NCBI GenBank assembly: GCA_963771465.1 | Contig: CAVYTU010000014.1 | Coordinates: 160,001-224,000, forward strand | DNA from: an uncultured delta proteobacterium | Lineage (GTDB): Bacteria; Desulfobacterota; Binatia; UBA9968 | Direction: 5' to 3' | DNA length: 64,000 nt | In this document: one piece after another, positions 60,040 to 64,000 of the stretch | Position numbering within the stretch: the first letter of the stretch is position 1 | How the letters are laid out: every line of letters begins with the position of its first letter | Notes under the pieces: generated by a model | What the model was told of the DNA's origin: nothing | Database searches by the model: none | The model's input: only the letters and a program-made list of their open reading frames with translations | Program-made: the position numbers and the translations under genes

Positions 60040-61569
60040 TCAGCGGGCACCCGCCGCCATCGCATCGGCGCGAGCAGAGGATTCGTCGACGGCGTGTTGC
60101 AGCAGCAGCTCCAACGAAGGTTTGGGTTCAACGACCACCAGCACTTGGTAAGAGAAAAGCGAGGGAAGCAGCCGCAGACATGCGCCGTTTACGGCCAGCA
60201 GAAAGCGACTGAACCGATTATCTCCCAACGCCACAGGGAAGGGAGCGGGAATGCCTCGCGACTGGATAACCTGAAAGCCGCGCTGTTCGAGCAGCCGGCG
60301 CAATGAGGATAATGTGAACAGCCGTTTATGCGTGACGTCGAGAATGCCGCGTTTGCCATAATTGAATTGGCCAAGTAACAGCATCAGACGAATAATTAAA
60401 AAACCCACGTTGGGTGTGCTGATGATCACTTTCGTATCCGTGCAGTATTTCATGCTGTCACGCAGCTGGTCGAGGAACGCCTCCGGCGCAGTCAAGTGCT
60501 CAATGACATCCAAAAGCAGGACACGGCGATATTCCGCGATGTCCACGTCGGGAATACCGGCGTTGAGATCATACTTGATGAAGTTGTCTAAGCTAACGTT
60601 GGCTCCAAGTGGAAACATATCGACACCGGTGACGTGGCAACCGCTCTGCCGCCGCAACAATGCCCCCATGTAGCCTCCCGCGCAGCCGAGGTCTAAAACC
60701 TTCGCTCCCGCCGGGACCAGCTCGAGAGTTGCCGTGTGTGGGCTGTCGTAACCTATTTTGAGCGCGTAATGAGCGTTGGTGTCGTGCCCTGCTCCGCAAT
60801 CAAATTTGCTGTCGTAAAAAATACTCAATTCATGCGCCCGCGATTTGAGTGTCGTCGTCATGACATCCCAAGCGTATTTGATGCCGTTGACGTGGCAAAT
60901 TTCATCGCCGTAATAGGTGGGGATCGGCAGTTCGCGAATGCGCAGCCCGGCGTTGAGCAGCTGGATGATGATTTCCGTGTCGAAATGAAAATCGTTGGTG
61001 TTTCGGTCGAAGGGCACTTTCTCCAGGGCGGCAACCGAGTAGATGCGATAACCGGAGTGAAACTCGCTCAGTTGGGTACGCAGCAAACGGTTTTGAAACC
61101 AAGAAAGAATCCTGTTGCCGATAAACTTGTAGAGCGGCATACCGCCCTTGAGCGCCTCTCCCTGACTAAGCAGGCGCGACCCGAATACCGCATCCGCTTC
61201 ACCCCGGCTCAAAGGCATTAGCAACCCAGGCAGCGCTTCGGGCGCGTACTGACCGTCGCCGTGAAGCAGCGCGACGAAGTCGAACTCATTCTTGATCGCG
61301 TAGTGATAGCCGATCTTCTGATTGCCGCCGTAACCCTGGTTTTTCGGATTGAAAAGCACATGAAGTGGAAAAGGCAGAGAACCTGCCGCTTTGATTTTCT
61401 GGCCGATTTCGAAAGTGCGATCCGCCGAAGAATCATCGATGGCGAGAATCTCAACTTCGTATTCCTCGGACAAGCTCGCTGGAATACGCGCGAGAACCCG
61501 TTCGATGGTGCGTTCAGCGTTATACGCGACGATAAATATCAGGACGCGATATTTTTTCTGCCTGGCCAT
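60040..61569 (-). CDS. GT2 glycosyltransferase fused to a class I SAM-dependent methyltransferase
   Basis: AYNAE, IDDSS.D, NQGYGGNQK, HGDGQY, F.FDTE; C-terminal VLDLGCAGG, DVIEHL, STPN. Confidence 0.9.
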   Translation of the reverse strand: MARQKKYRVLIFIVAYNAERTIERVLARIPASLSEEYEVEILAIDDSSADRTFEIGQKIKAAGSLPFPLHVLFNPKNQGYGGNQKIGYHYAIKNEFDFVALLHGDGQYAPEALPGLLMPLSRGEADAVFGSRLLSQGEALKGGMPLYKFIGNRILSWFQNRLLRTQLSEFHSGYRIYSVAALEKVPFDRNTNDFHFDTEIIIQLLNAGLRIRELPIPTYYGDEICHVNGIKYAWDVMTTTLKSRAHELSIFYDSKFDCGAGHDTNAHYALKIGYDSPHTATLELVPAGAKVLDLGCAGGYMGALLRRQSGCHVTGVDMFPLGANVSLDNFIKYDLNAGIPDVDIAEYRRVLLLDVIEHLTAPEAFLDQLRDSMKYCTDTKVIISTPNVGFLIIRLMLLLGQFNYGKRGILDVTHKRLFTLSSLRRLLEQRGFQVIQSRGIPAPFPVALGDNRFSRFLLAVNGACLRLLPSLFSYQVLVVVEPKPSLELLLQHAVDESSARADAMAAGAR

Positions 61570-61904
61570 TGCGAATAACCTAGATCAACGCAGTCGCCGC
61601 GCGGGCTGGAGATAGACCCCGCCGTAGAAATCCCACAAACCATCGGCGGATTACCCGCCGGTGGTGCAATCCCAATCTAAATTGTTTCAGCAGCAGCAAC
61701 ATATTGAACATTCACGCCGAATTTTACAACAGCGCTAGAAGAGCAGCCGTCCCTGCGCCAATCCGGCTTCCGCAGCTGAACAGATGTTTTGTCCTAGAAA
61801 AAAAGACAGCTAGTAGTGATCAGAATAGCGTCACTCTTAATGGCTCTTGCCTGACTGAATGGACCGTGACGAATGCTTCGCCTGTGAGCAGGTAGTTCAA
61901 CGAC

Positions 61905-61932
61905 TTGACATTCCCCTGGTCAGTGACATGAT
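61905..61932 (+). promoter_or_regulatory. Possible sigma70 promoter for the repeat-protein gene
   Basis: TTGACA, 16-nt spacer, TGa-CATGAT (extended -10-like). Confidence 0.35.
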
Positions 61933-62099
61933 TTCTGCAGGAGAAATCAGACAATGCACGCGAGATCTCCTCCCACCGCAGACCGCAGCATTAATCTTAG
62001 CATACGCAAACTTGCTCCTCAGCCTGAGCCTCATCTAACTTCCGAGTTTGTAAGGTTTTTGCGTCTTTCTTCTACTCAAACGAAAGAAAGGAGAGACCG

Positions 62100-63021
62100 A
62101 TGGAAGAGAAAAGTAGCATATTTGAATCGGTAAAAAACGGCGTCGTCGGAACGATTAGAGGAACGGGTGATGTGGCGAAAGCGGTGGTGGATACGGTGAG
62201 CGGAACCCTATCTCATACGATTAAGGGAACCGGCGCGGTGGGGACGGCGTTGATCGAAACAGTTTCGGACGTGGGACGCGCAGCGATTCGTGGAGTATCC
62301 GATGTCGGCGGCGACGTAGGGTCGGCGGCGAAGAGCGCCGTGTTAGGGACGCTGCGGGGGACGAAAGAAACCAGCGTGGAAGCGGCAGATGCGATAAAGG
62401 CCGCAACCAGCAGCGTGATCAAAGAAACATCGGCAGTGGCCGGTGATCTTGGAAACGCGGCAAAAGGCGCCATGCAAGGAGCGATTACAGGCGCAAAAGA
62501 AGTCGGTCTGAATGCGACAGAGGCAACCGCTGCGGCAGCAACTGGCATCCTCAAATCAACCAGCGAAGTTATTTCCGGCACCGGCAAGGCTGGGGGGTCA
62601 CTGTTTGCGGCCTCTTCCGGCGTGATTCGCTCTGCCATTCAAGCGGTCGTCGACGTTGGCGGTGACGTCGGTTCCGGTGCCAAGGGAGCCGTCCTCGGAG
62701 TCTTGCAGGGAACCAAAGCCAGCGGCAAAGAGGCATTGCAGGCGATAAGCCGAGACCAGCAGCCATCTCGTTAAAGGTACGTCGGACGTTGCCGGTGATA
62801 TCGCGAAAGCCGCCAAGGGCGCGGTGCAGGGCGCCATCGAGGGGGCGAAAGAGATCAGTTTGGATACTACGGAAGCGGCATCAGCGGCGGCCACGGGCGC
62901 GCTGAATGCGGCTGAAAAGATCAGTTCAAAAGCCGCGCAACAAGTGCGTAAGGCGGTAACCGGCACCATCGCCGGTGTGAAAGTCGTACTGAAGGAACCT
63001 TTCAAATCGAAGAAATCCTAA
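62100..63021 (+). CDS. Ala/Gly-rich protein of 22-aa amphipathic repeats, frameshift near 62750
   Basis: AGGAG RBS; 22-aa period; ATA AGC C GAG ACC joins ORFs 62100-62774 and 62824-63021 when one C is removed. Confidence 0.75.
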
Positions 63022-63172
63022 ACCGGTTAAGCGGTTGAGGTGGCGCATGAACGTCCTGCCTGTAGTGGGCTCATTTTGACAGTTGCGATCGGTCGCGTGG
63101 TGAGAATTTAAATTCTTCTTCGCGGCCGATAGCCTGACAAAATGACCCACTACTAAAATCCGTAACTGTTTC

Positions 63173-64000
63173 CTAATGCGGCGCAGGCCTTGATTCAGAC
63201 TGGGGAAGCCTGACGATTGTTGTTGAATCTTCCTCGATCAAGGATCTTAGATTGGTCCCCTCCAGGGCTTTTCGCACAGCGTGATCACGCTGCAGCAGGA
63301 TTTGGTTGGCGCGACCGGCTTGATCGATCGCTGGCGCGGCGGCATCGTCCGCGATAGCCACGATATCCAGAACCTCTTTGATACCCACAGTTTCCGGTGG
63401 CCGCGCCAACGCGACACCTTCAGGCTCAGCGGATCTGAGCAAAATTCCCGCTCTGACATATTCGTCAAACAGATTGTCCAGGCTCGGCACGCCGAGATAA
63501 GCGGCAAGCTCGGTGGGTTGCCAGGGCGGCGCTTGAGAAAGATGGCGTTGGGTAATCTCGACGAGCGCCGAAAGGGCCAACCATTCCTGGAATCGATGCC
63601 CCTTGGCGCCGGGCAGTGCATCGCGGATGAAGGCGGAAGGGTGTTGATGAAAATAGGCGACTTCAGCGCCGACCAGGAAAATTAGCCAGCCGACATAAAC
63701 CCAAATAAGAAAGACAATGATGATCGCGAAGCTCGAGTAAATGGCGGCGTAGCGGGCAGAGTTGGCAACGAAGGCGGCGAATGCCGTACCGACGAGCTGC
63801 CACAGAATACCCGCGGCGGCTCCGCCGATCAGCGCCGAACTAAGCCGCACGCGGGTGTAGGGAATCAATTTGTAGAGAAACGCGAACGTGGCGCAAAACA
63901 GGACAAAAGGCATGACGCTGGTCGTCAGTGTAAAAATGTAACTCACGAAGCCGATTTGAACGAGGCGCTCCACCAACCAATAACTTTGCGCCGAGGCGAT
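63173..64000 (-). CDS. YihY/BrkB-family membrane protein with a C-terminal Rrf2-like winged helix; 5' part outside the window
   Basis: LYKLIP, ALIGG, YAAIYSSFA, LIWVY..WLI.L.GAE; LARPP..I.I.EVL. Confidence 0.88.
   Translation of the reverse strand: MASAQSYWLVERLVQIGFVSYIFTLTTSVMPFVLFCATFAFLYKLIPYTRVRLSSALIGGAAAGILWQLVGTAFAAFVANSARYAAIYSSFAIIIVFLIWVYVGWLIFLVGAEVAYFHQHPSAFIRDALPGAKGHRFQEWLALSALVEITQRHLSQAPPWQPTELAAYLGVPSLDNLFDEYVRAGILLRSAEPEGVALARPPETVGIKEVLDIVAIADDAAAPAIDQAGRANQILLQRDHAVRKALEGTNLRSLIEEDSTTIVRLPQSESRPAPH

Overview
A GC-rich bacterial chromosome segment. The many NMT1/TauA-type and iron-type solute-binding proteins (SBPs), phthalate-type Rieske oxygenases and short intergenic palindromes resemble Candidatus Binatia or another deltaproteobacterial lineage (inference only). 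Recognisable housekeeping loci are etfBA, pncB, fabF-fabH, tatB/A-tatC, pdaD, a propionyl/acyl-CoA carboxylase set, mutM, selA-selB-selD (SelD has an in-frame UGA/Sec plus a SECIS-like hairpin) and a malQ-glgB-glgA-glgC-GH57 glycogen operon. Aromatic-catabolism-like genes include three Rieske oxygenases, a UbiD, a dihydroxyphthalate-decarboxylase-like protein, a gentisate-dioxygenase-like cupin and a PaaA-like diiron protein. Several genes are split by single-base indels, most likely sequencing errors. The strongest unexplained signal is a self-contained ~190-nt minus-strand transcription unit at 18.5-18.7 kb. It has a near-consensus sigma70 promoter, a 14-nt complement of the 16S rRNA 3' end, a 13-aa CxxC micro-ORF, a downstream anti-SD segment with two alternative pairing partners, and a terminator. 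Two long intergenic fold-back elements (17.6 kb and 51.2 kb) are also unexplained. No rRNA, tRNA, CRISPR array or intact transposase was seen.
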